Virus record (IMG/VR): IMGVR_UViG_3300032219_000695
Span: 1 to 24,382 of that record
DNA length: 24,382 nucleotides
Source of the DNA: a virus
Lineage: Duplodnaviria > Caudoviricetes
Direction: 5' to 3' (one strand)
A program made the position numbers and the translations under genes. The notes below the pieces were generated by a model. It ran no database searches. It saw only the letters and a list, made by a program, of their open reading frames with translations, and had not been told where the DNA came from. Positions 8,475 to 16,161 of the stretch are shown here, piece after piece. Numbering within the stretch: the first letter of the stretch is position 1; every line of letters begins with the position of its first letter.

Positions 8475-10016
8475 TTACGCCATCCGTTCAAATTTATGCA
8501 TGAGCTCGTACATCTTGCGAGCACCTTTCATGCGGTCGCCTTTGCCTGCGCCGCGGACGGCTTTGGCTGTCATCACAAACTCACCGTCGCTAAGGCGAGC
8601 GGGAATGGAATCGCTGGTCCCGGTCCCCGGACCGTGGATCGCGCCACCCGCTTTGACAGACATAATACCCGCCGTGCCTGTAGTCGGATATTTGATCTGG
8701 CCAAAGTTAGGGGTTGGTGCCGCACTAGCAATAGAGGTCGTCGGGGTGATGTATCCACCTGTTGGGAAGACAGGGTTTCCGGACTGTGGGGTACGAGGAG
8801 AGAAGTTCGCCACGTTGAAACCGTAGGTTCCCGGCTGCTCATTAAGAAGCTGCGTTCCGGTCTTACCACTTGTGAGGCTTGGCTTGATGTCTTCTTTGTT
8901 CTGGCCCATGCCAAGAAGCAGTGCGCCACCGCCCAACAAAGCAAGTGCCTTGTTGTCCTTGATCCAGTTTGTGGCGCTGCTAAAGAGGTCAGGAGCTTTG
9001 ATTTGGGGGGTTACCGTACCATCCAACCCGGCCGCACGAGCAGCGTAAGCTTCTGGACCCATAGCGGCCTTAACTGCATCGGTGTTTGGAAGAGGAGCAC
9101 TCGGCGTCCCTGCCGCATCGATTGTCGGGGCCGCCCCACCAGCCGCCGTGTCGCCCATACCAAAAGTCTGCTTGAAGAGGTCGGAGCCCGGGATGGATGT
9201 TCCGGAAACAAAGCCCTTGCTGATGCCGTCGAAGAAGCTTCCGCCAGCCATGCTGCTGCTGATGCCTGCGCCGATACCAGCGGTCAAGCCGCCCATAAGC
9301 GCGCTCTTCAAAGCGTCTGCTGGTTTGGCACCTGACAGCAAAGAGGTGACGCCCCCAGAAATAGCGCCCGCAAGAATAGGCGGGACGCCCATTACCGAAA
9401 GGGCAACAGTTCCAATGATCTGCGCGCCAACCTTAAAGATCTTTCCAAGCGACTTCCAAAAGCCAAACTCAGGGAGACCTGTCTTTGGGTTGATCGTTCC
9501 ACGGCCGCCCATGCGCTTGAGCATGTCGGCTTCCATCGGATTGATGTGGGCAAGGATCGTATCGCCACCACGACCCGCAGCGGCAACCTTTGACGCTTCC
9601 TTTTTCAAGGAAACAATGCCGCCCTTAGCAAAGGTCGGGGACGACACTGCGCGGACGCGCCTAAGTGCTTGTCCTACAAGAGCTTTTGTAACAGCAATCA
9701 GGTTCGGATCGTACTGCTGGGGGACATCCTCAGGAGAGAAAGCGCCTGTCTCGACCAGTTGCTTGACCAGTTTAGGGTACTGACTAGGGTCCTGTTCAAC
9801 GTACCCGATCAGACGGAGGAATGATTCCAGTTCCTGTTCTGACAGGTCGTCCAGCTCATCGAGGACTGCCTTCAGTTCTTTCCGCTGATCAGGGGAAAGT
9901 TTTTCAAAGGTGTCTGCAACGGCTGTGGATAGACCCGGCAAATCCTTCGCTTGGAACGGTGACTGTTCCAGCGTCTGGGCAAAACTAGGATCGCGAAGAA
10001 GCTCTGTACCCTGCAT
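8475..10016 (-). CDS. Putative internal virion protein (513 aa)
   Basis: Acidic N-terminus, then FAKGG...GRGGDTILAHINPMEA...GTINPKTGLPEF, then Gly/Ala hydrophobic helices. The C-terminal GPGTGTSDSIPARLSDGEFV motif also occurs in tape-measure proteins. A GGGA SD-like site lies upstream. Confidence 0.7.
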   Translation of the reverse strand: MQGTELLRDPSFAQTLEQSPFQAKDLPGLSTAVADTFEKLSPDQRKELKAVLDELDDLSEQELESFLRLIGYVEQDPSQYPKLVKQLVETGAFSPEDVPQQYDPNLIAVTKALVGQALRRVRAVSSPTFAKGGIVSLKKEASKVAAAGRGGDTILAHINPMEADMLKRMGGRGTINPKTGLPEFGFWKSLGKIFKVGAQIIGTVALSVMGVPPILAGAISGGVTSLLSGAKPADALKSALMGGLTAGIGAGISSSMAGGSFFDGISKGFVSGTSIPGSDLFKQTFGMGDTAAGGAAPTIDAAGTPSAPLPNTDAVKAAMGPEAYAARAAGLDGTVTPQIKAPDLFSSATNWIKDNKALALLGGGALLLGMGQNKEDIKPSLTSGKTGTQLLNEQPGTYGFNVANFSPRTPQSGNPVFPTGGYITPTTSIASAAPTPNFGQIKYPTTGTAGIMSVKAGGAIHGPGTGTSDSIPARLSDGEFVMTAKAVRGAGKGDRMKGARKMYELMHKFERMA

Positions 10017-10089
10017 AGACTTTCCCTATGAGCGTTTTTAAGCGCCGACACGGCGATGGGGCAGGACAAAGCCTGAGGGTTCGCCGACA

Positions 10090-10118
10090 AATCTACCCTT
10101 TTGAGATCAGTAAAACAA
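10090..10118 (-). promoter_or_regulatory. Candidate sigma70-type promoter for the ejection-protein block
   Basis: Minus strand TTGTTT (10118-10113), 17-nt spacer, TAGATT (10095-10090), within a 105-nt intergenic gap. Confidence 0.5.
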
Positions 10119-10121
10119 GCC

Positions 10122-10415
10122 TCAGACTGTTACTGTTACCGATCCAACTCGCCCTGTAGCAGACAGTCCAGCCACATAAGGACTGTAGAGAACGGAGACC
10201 CGAAGAGCGCCGTTCACTTGGAAGATGGTCCCCGGTTCAAGACCCGAATCATTGCTGGCCAGATTGGTCAACACAATCGTGGTCTGCCGTCCTTCGCCCG
10301 GTGCTTGGATATACGTGATCAAGCTGATCAGAGCGCGGACCAGATCATTGAAGTAAAGCTGATCATACTGCGCCGGAGCACGGGTAAAGATCGGCGGGAT
10401 AAGGCGGACATCCAT
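10122..10415 (-). CDS. Small tail-associated protein (97 aa, MDVRLIPP...)
   Basis: Start reassigned to the ATG at 10415, which overlaps the upstream TGA (TGATG). Has P..YDQLYFNDLVRAL and follows the nozzle-like gene. Confidence 0.7.
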   Translation of the reverse strand: MDVRLIPPIFTRAPAQYDQLYFNDLVRALISLITYIQAPGEGRQTTIVLTNLASNDSGLEPGTIFQVNGALRVSVLYSPYVAGLSATGRVGSVTVTV

Positions 10416-12262
10416 CAGCGCCGCCCGTCCGCTTGGATCTCGATACGGGGAGAACCAAGTCTCCAGCATGTTCCGACGCGATTGCTTTCGACACGCAGGA
10501 TGATCGAGCGGCCGCGCAAGCGGATGTCCTTCACCTGAGTGTATTGCTCAACCGGAACAGTGGCCGTGCGAAGAACCTCCGAGTCGGAACCGTTTTGGTA
10601 ATTGGACCCCGGATAGTTCTGTGTCTTGATGATGAGATCGAGACGCGGATCGTTTGTCGCGTTGATGAACGTCACGTCAGGAATGATACGACGCACAAAC
10701 GAGAACTGGTTGCCGTCTCCGATATCAAGAGGCGAGCTCTCGATATAGGCGTTCAGAGGAGTTGCCGGAGTCGTACTGCCGTCATCCGTACCAAACTCAT
10801 GGTTGTAGATATAGTTGTCCGGACTTGCGGCCTGAGGATATTCGCGGACCCCATGGTCAAGCCAAGCCGTGCGAGCAAGATTCCCATACGTCCAGACCTG
10901 TTCCTTGTAGTTGAACGTGACGTAGCGGTCGTTCTCGAAAGAGGACGCTGACGGATAGAACCACGTGACTTCGTTATACTCGGAGTTCAGAGCGGCATAG
11001 ACCTTGTCACGCTCGTTGGAATTGAAGTCGTTGAAGACATAATCCTTCAACGGGCAAAGCAGAGGATCCGTCTTACCACTGTAGACGTAGAACTCGGTGT
11101 CCCCCATCCAGAACACTGTATCGTCAACGGCCACTGCGCTGTTGTAGCCGTTGATGCTGATGTTGCTCGAAATAAGCTGCACACCAAAAGTGTATGGAGG
11201 CCCGACATATTGCATCGAGTAGAGAGAAACCTCAGTAAAAATGAGGATTTCTCGCTTCGTCTCAATAGCTTTCACAATCGTGCTGCCGCTACCAAGGCGC
11301 AGATCGCCAGCGGTGTTTGTTGCAGTCGCCGTCCAAGTGAACGGGTCTTCCTGAGAAGAGAAGCGAACGGACAGTGGATCAAGGGCCGTGGACCCACCCT
11401 GATTTGCACCAAAGGCAATGACGTGTCGATCACGGTCCGAGACAAGGACTTGGAACGCTTGTGTCGGCGTCGTCGGGTCGGACGAAAGCGAAGCAAGAGT
11501 GACGCCCCTTGAACCAAGGCCACTTGTTGCATCCCAATAATAGACGCCGCCACTGCGGACGTTGAAGATCAGGTCTTCGCCGTAGTTGTCTTGTGACCAA
11601 AGGCGAAGAGTATTTCCGGCGGTAAGCGTTGTGGCACTGCCCCACGTTCCGCGGCTCCATGGTCCAGCGCCCCATCCAGTGCCACCGACCTGTGTGTCAA
11701 GGCCAACACTGATCTGGTATTGAGCGGTAACGGAAGACCCGCCGTTTCCAGAATCGGAAGAGTTGGCAGTGACCGCAACTGTGATCGAGTAGTTGTCGTC
11801 ATCGATCAGGGTGATTTGATACTCTCTGTTGAGGACCGCAGCCGTAACATTGCCGCCGAGACTGACAGCGCCGCTGAAGGTTACGAAATCACCGTCCTCA
11901 CAGCCATGTCCGACGTCGTAGACGTTGATGACGGAGGACCCGTTTGTGGCAGTGAAGGGGTTGGACAGAACAACGGTGTCACGGATCGGGGTGACGTCGT
12001 TGAACTGACCGCCGCGCTCGATGTAGTATTTTAGGTGCGTACCCATCCCCAACAGATTGTCGCCGGACAGAGTGTTCCAGTTGAGCATGGAACGGCACGT
12101 GCCGAGAAACTGGGCGGTCGAGTACTTTGCCCAGCCGCCGATTGTTTCGGGAAACCCGTAACGGAAACGGATAAGGTTGGAGACACGCCAGCCGCCCTCA
12201 TTCGTGTACCCTGTCAGGTCACGGACAATTCCGGGTCGGAATTGGAGTTTTTGAAGCGGCAT
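10415..12262 (-). CDS. Putative tail nozzle / tail tubular protein (615 aa)
   Basis: Beta-rich, propeller-like sequence (LWSQDNYGEDLIF, VRFSSQED, GDLRLGSGS, VTWFYPS) with size and position like the P22 gp10 / T7 gp12 functional class. GGAGA SD upstream. Confidence 0.7.
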   Translation of the reverse strand: MPLQKLQFRPGIVRDLTGYTNEGGWRVSNLIRFRYGFPETIGGWAKYSTAQFLGTCRSMLNWNTLSGDNLLGMGTHLKYYIERGGQFNDVTPIRDTVVLSNPFTATNGSSVINVYDVGHGCEDGDFVTFSGAVSLGGNVTAAVLNREYQITLIDDDNYSITVAVTANSSDSGNGGSSVTAQYQISVGLDTQVGGTGWGAGPWSRGTWGSATTLTAGNTLRLWSQDNYGEDLIFNVRSGGVYYWDATSGLGSRGVTLASLSSDPTTPTQAFQVLVSDRDRHVIAFGANQGGSTALDPLSVRFSSQEDPFTWTATATNTAGDLRLGSGSTIVKAIETKREILIFTEVSLYSMQYVGPPYTFGVQLISSNISINGYNSAVAVDDTVFWMGDTEFYVYSGKTDPLLCPLKDYVFNDFNSNERDKVYAALNSEYNEVTWFYPSASSFENDRYVTFNYKEQVWTYGNLARTAWLDHGVREYPQAASPDNYIYNHEFGTDDGSTTPATPLNAYIESSPLDIGDGNQFSFVRRIIPDVTFINATNDPRLDLIIKTQNYPGSNYQNGSDSEVLRTATVPVEQYTQVKDIRLRGRSIILRVESNRVGTCWRLGSPRIEIQADGRR

Positions 12263-12284
12263 TGGCGTAGTCTCCGTTCAGAGC

Positions 12285-12313
12285 ATTATCCATTGTTGTG
12301 AGGGTTTTATCAA
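12285..12313 (-). promoter_or_regulatory. Candidate sigma70-type promoter upstream of the nozzle gene
   Basis: Minus strand TTGATA (12313-12308), 17-nt spacer, GATAAT (12290-12285); each box is a 5/6 match to consensus. Confidence 0.6.
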
Positions 12314-12332
12314 TCCAAGACACTTATGTTTA

Positions 12333-13049
12333 CTATTTATATTCTTTTTCTTGGCGGAAGAACTTTCGATAGACGTCGCTCAACCATGTTTGCCGAAGAG
12401 AGGCAAACTTCAACCCACCCGCATCCTGTGCTTTTTGTACGAGTTCGGCTTCCCACTGGTCCCTCTTAAAAGGAAAAACCGTGACGAGAGGGGTTCCGGG
12501 GGGAATATCTATGTGGGCAAAACCTTTGGTGACAAATCCGGGGAAGAAAACTTCCGCATCGTATACATCCGTGTCAACAACGGCAGGAAACAGTTCTATC
12601 CCCTCGTTCAAGAAATAGGGCGACTGATAAAACAGGCATGAGTATCCGGGGGGTGTCCTAACAATATAGCCACACCTAAACTTGATGTAAGTTTTGTTTT
12701 CCTCCTGTATTTTTACAGGGCATTGTTCGTGTGGATGATGAGATACAGTATCGTTCTCATTTGAGGCGTGTTTCCAAAATAGGTTTTGGGACTGATCTTC
12801 GTTGATGTGAGAAGAAACCAAGATTTCGGTTTGGGTTCGGAGGACGTACCCGCTTGTGAGGTAATCAAGGACGGGAGCACATTTGCGAATTGTTCCATTG
12901 GTTACGGAGTTTTCTCGATGGAACCACAAAGCAGTTTTTGGACCCGTCTCCGTAGGTGCTGACTTGTACCAATCCGGAACAGTTTTTTTCATAGGGGTCG
13001 GAGGAAAATCTCGACCTGTTTCACCAGTCGGAATAAACTGAATTTTCAT
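12333..13049 (-). CDS. DUF6065-like phage accessory protein (238 aa)
   Basis: Motifs PDWYK, TIRKCAPVLDYLTSGY, RTPPGYSCLF, VVDTD and GTPLVTVFPFKR are recalled from a common phage accessory family. GAGG SD. Confidence 0.6.
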   Translation of the reverse strand: MKIQFIPTGETGRDFPPTPMKKTVPDWYKSAPTETGPKTALWFHRENSVTNGTIRKCAPVLDYLTSGYVLRTQTEILVSSHINEDQSQNLFWKHASNENDTVSHHPHEQCPVKIQEENKTYIKFRCGYIVRTPPGYSCLFYQSPYFLNEGIELFPAVVDTDVYDAEVFFPGFVTKGFAHIDIPPGTPLVTVFPFKRDQWEAELVQKAQDAGGLKFASLRQTWLSDVYRKFFRQEKEYK

Positions 13050-13073
13050 GACGGCCTCTCTTTGCCGATATTA

Positions 13074-14018
13074 CTATAACTGTCTGAGTATCTTTAACAC
13101 CGACTCAGGTGTCTCAGCTAGACTTTTTACTATGGTTTCGGATTCATGCCAATCTATGGGATTGGTTATTGTTCCGATTGCATTTGCCTCTTTGCGATAT
13201 TCTTCGTCAAGCATGACCGCATTAAACAAATGACGAAGACTCTTTAGACGGTTTTCACTTATGTTTGGAGGAGCCGCAAAGGCTCTTCCCAGCACAAGTG
13301 TTTTTTCAAACAAGCCCAGCAACTCTTTGTCCTGATCGGATTTTGCAAAGCTCATGACTGTTGGAAGAAAGGGGTAATCGGGGTGCCTGATTAGCCCGGA
13401 TCCGTACTGTACCATAGGCAGGATACTGGGGTCCTTTAACCACGATGGTGATGTCGTTCTCACACCCGTAAGGTTAAACGCAACAAGATTGATTTCGTTT
13501 CTTTCGAACGCCAACCTGACTTGGGAAGAGTCTGAGTACCCAACAATCTCTTGTACATTCCACCCTAGGATTTGGTTAACGAGCTTAATGTGGTTTATGG
13601 GAAGGCTACTTTCTGAACCAGCTATCAAGGGAGAAGACCCGGCTTTTGCCCAAAGAATAAAGGGTTCTTTGCGGTTATCCGTCGCTGATCCCAACCAGTT
13701 AAACTTGGTCAAGTTGTATTGGACAGAGTCAGGTTTCAGAACCCCATTGATGAACACGCGAGTATCAATCGTTCCTATTTCAGAACCGTCTTTTGGGGCG
13801 GCGTTAAAAAGATAGTTAGCCGCAGATATTCCGGCTGCACCCGGCATAGCTCGAACTATAACTGCGCTCTCTGTGTGTTTAGCGGCATGTTTCGCAAACA
13901 GGCGAGCATGGACCATGTGCCCACCGGACGTAGTGTGGGCAATAATTTTTAGTTCTTCCGCAAAGGAGGATGCAACAAGCCCTAACCAGACTAAGGCACC
14001 GTATAGGAAGTAGGCCAT
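13074..14018 (-). CDS. tctC: TctC/Bug-family tripartite tricarboxylate transporter substrate-binding protein (about 314 aa)
   Basis: Signal peptide MAYFLYGALVWLGLVASSFA|EE. Motifs GG...ARL, VIVRAMPGAAGISAANYLFNAAPKDG, GY...VRLAFERNEI, RHPDYPFLPT, GRAFAAPP and FNAVMLDEEYRKEA. Confidence 0.85.
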   Translation of the reverse strand: MAYFLYGALVWLGLVASSFAEELKIIAHTTSGGHMVHARLFAKHAAKHTESAVIVRAMPGAAGISAANYLFNAAPKDGSEIGTIDTRVFINGVLKPDSVQYNLTKFNWLGSATDNRKEPFILWAKAGSSPLIAGSESSLPINHIKLVNQILGWNVQEIVGYSDSSQVRLAFERNEINLVAFNLTGVRTTSPSWLKDPSILPMVQYGSGLIRHPDYPFLPTVMSFAKSDQDKELLGLFEKTLVLGRAFAAPPNISENRLKSLRHLFNAVMLDEEYRKEANAIGTITNPIDWHESETIVKSLAETPESVLKILRQL

Positions 14019-14767
14019 TCGGGGATTGCCCAAGTGTTTTGATCTATGGCTTGAACACCCTCAAGCCAATACTTCATACTGAACCATTTACCAACATAAG
14101 GACTTGTACAATTCGCATACCAAATGTCAAAAATTTCCTGCTGCGTCTTACCCTGATCAATCAAGGCTTGAAACCAAGCGCGTTTCTTGCACTCAAACGC
14201 AATGGAATCAGGTGTGCAAAAATCAACAATCGCACGAAGTTCGGTAGGCATGCTCATCATTGCGACGGCTTGTGTGTAGTTTGATGCGATAAGCGGAAAG
14301 TCTACAGAGCCGCGTGTTGCGCCTGCAACAAAAAGATCGCGAACAGCAAATGAACCGGGGCGGCGAACTTCAACTGTTCCACCATTGCCAAACCCGTCGT
14401 TTTCTTTTTCACCAGCAGCAACAAGACGATCAAACTCGTTAGCGTTAATACGCGGAATAGCGTACCTAGCCACATAGGTTTGGGGGTTGTTGCAGTTGCC
14501 AAACCCGCGAACAACGTAGTTTTGGTCAAACGGGTGGACAATAAAATTGAATGCGCGAACATTGTCAGAAAGCCATTGTGCTGCTGCCAAAGCAACATCT
14601 TTAGATGATCCGGTAAAATTGCGCAGATCATAGCGTTGATACACGGACAATGGTATGTCCTGCATATCAATGAAAACAGCGGTTATTTCATCAGAGGAAT
14701 TGGCAAGCAGGTTCCACAACAGGTACGTTGAATCCATGCCGCCAGAAAACCCAATTACGGTTTTCAT
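13991..14767 (-). CDS. PP-loop (adenine nucleotide alpha-hydrolase, QueC-like N-terminus) protein (258 aa)
   Basis: Start reassigned to the ATG at 14767 (ATGA overlap). N-terminus KTVIGFSGGMDSTYLL...EITAVFID carries the SGGxDS loop. The full QueC zinc motif is missing. Confidence 0.7.
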   Translation of the reverse strand: MKTVIGFSGGMDSTYLLWNLLANSSDEITAVFIDMQDIPLSVYQRYDLRNFTGSSKDVALAAAQWLSDNVRAFNFIVHPFDQNYVVRGFGNCNNPQTYVARYAIPRINANEFDRLVAAGEKENDGFGNGGTVEVRRPGSFAVRDLFVAGATRGSVDFPLIASNYTQAVAMMSMPTELRAIVDFCTPDSIAFECKKRAWFQALIDQGKTQQEIFDIWYANCTSPYVGKWFSMKYWLEGVQAIDQNTWAIPEWPTSYTVP

Positions 14768-15147
14768 ATCGTGCCTCCAATTACAATGTCCCATTCAATA
14801 TATTCTTCGTTCCAAACAGCGACATAGTTTGGAGGAGGAACAGGCATTGGAATAGGCGCTTGCCAAGTTGCATCCGATGATTGGAAAACCCAAGATGGAT
14901 ATGGTTTTGCGCTGACAAAAACATCCAGAGGAGGGTAATAAGACCCACCGATTGTTGCATATTGGCGACGAAAATTATTGTTGTAGCTTGTCTGTTTCCA
15001 GACCGTGTCGGAACCATACAACGACTGACAAAAAGCAATGCCAACAGGCTCGCTTTCCGGGAAGGGCAAGTTATCTATGTCTGTGTTATTGACGACAATA
15101 ACATTCAGAACATTGTTTTGACCATCAAGTTGGGCAAAATGAGCCAT
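14764..15147 (-). CDS. Conserved phage protein (MAHFA family, 127 aa)
   Basis: MAHFAQLD..N.V..VIVV, WKQTSYNNNFR..YA.IG, PYPSW and WQAPIPMP. As recalled, this family typically sits next to Gly-rich virion proteins in aquatic phages. Confidence 0.8.
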   Translation of the reverse strand: MAHFAQLDGQNNVLNVIVVNNTDIDNLPFPESEPVGIAFCQSLYGSDTVWKQTSYNNNFRRQYATIGGSYYPPLDVFVSAKPYPSWVFQSSDATWQAPIPMPVPPPNYVAVWNEEYIEWDIVIGGTI

Positions 15148-15155
15148 TTAATTCC

Positions 15156-16160
15156 TCATTGATACAGGTAGCGGATAATAACAACGCCGCCGCCTCCAGA
15201 TCCCGGATTAAAAGTGTTCACATACTGAACACCGCCGCCACCGCCGCCGCCTCTTCCGCTTGTTCCTGAGTTCGCCTGAGTTTGATTAGAGCCCGTAGCG
15301 CCGTTACCGCCGCCTCCTGTGCCGCCGTTAAATGTAGTTGTCACGGTATAACCGCCACCACCACCACCAGCGTAAGTCACAGAAGAACCTGTAACATTGG
15401 ATGCAGTTCCGTTGCCTCCGGTACCGCTACCGTTAACTGCATTTCCACCAGCGTTTGATGCGCCTCCGCCACCACCGCCACCAGCGTTGCCCTTAAAGTT
15501 ACCAGCGCCGCCGCCAGCCGTTCCTTGCCCAGAAATCCCGTTACCGAAAGCTGTATACCCTGCGTTTGCAAGAGCACCCGCGCCACCGCCGGAACCACCG
15601 TTTCCGGCATTGGTTTGATCGCTACCGCCGCCGCCGCCACCCGTAGCGTTGACGCTAAAGACAGAACTAGAGCCGCCTTGGCTGCCTGTGTTTCCAGATA
15701 CGCCGCCACCGCCACCGACAGTGACAGAATAATTCGTAACGCTCAAAGTGGTGTTTCCGGTAAGGAAACCACCCGCGCCACCGCCGCCGCCAACACCGTT
15801 CCAAAAGTTTGAGGTCCCGCGTCCGCCACCACCGCCGCCAGCAACGATCAAATACTGGGCGCTACTGGTAGTACCTACTTGGTTGACGGTGAAGTTGCCG
15901 CTACCGTTAAAGGTATGGATCTTATAGTTGCCATCGGTTGTGACGGTGCCGCCCGTTGCAACGGTAAAAGTGACGTTTGCAGTTGGCCCCGTTCCATAGA
16001 AATCTTGAAAGTCTATGGTTCCTGAGGAGAAGGTGAACGGACCAGCCGTAGACGTATAATAGGTTGTACCACGGTAGGCGTTGAGGTTTAGACCACGACC
16101 AAACACATTGTTAATGTCGGTCATGGAAATTGCGCCGGATGAAGGAAGATAGGTAGGCAT
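15156..16160 (-). CDS. Glycine-rich virion/tail-associated protein (334 aa)
   Basis: LPSSGAISMTDIN N-terminus, ATGGTVTTDGNYKIHTF..SG.FTV, YLIVAGGGGGG, YAGGGGG and GSGGGGVVIIRY. Confidence 0.85.
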   Translation of the reverse strand: MPTYLPSSGAISMTDINNVFGRGLNLNAYRGTTYYTSTAGPFTFSSGTIDFQDFYGTGPTANVTFTVATGGTVTTDGNYKIHTFNGSGNFTVNQVGTTSSAQYLIVAGGGGGGRGTSNFWNGVGGGGGAGGFLTGNTTLSVTNYSVTVGGGGGVSGNTGSQGGSSSVFSVNATGGGGGGSDQTNAGNGGSGGGAGALANAGYTAFGNGISGQGTAGGGAGNFKGNAGGGGGGGASNAGGNAVNGSGTGGNGTASNVTGSSVTYAGGGGGGYTVTTTFNGGTGGGGNGATGSNQTQANSGTSGRGGGGGGGVQYVNTFNPGSGGGGVVIIRYLYQ

Positions 16161-16161
16161 C

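Noticed and set aside
7534-8826. 430-aa plus-strand ORF (likewise 1988-2959, 4524-5465, 6373-7491)
   Set aside because: These are antisense shadows of well-formed minus-strand genes, with no recognisable motifs. They are expected from codon bias in GC-rich DNA.
13052-13067. cggc-N8-gccg hairpin as a terminator
   Set aside because: The stem is only 4 bp, has no U-tract, and overlaps the next gene's ribosome-binding site.
13991-14767. Assigning the symbol queC
   Set aside because: Only the generic PP-loop is present; the zinc motif is incomplete and there are no pathway neighbours.
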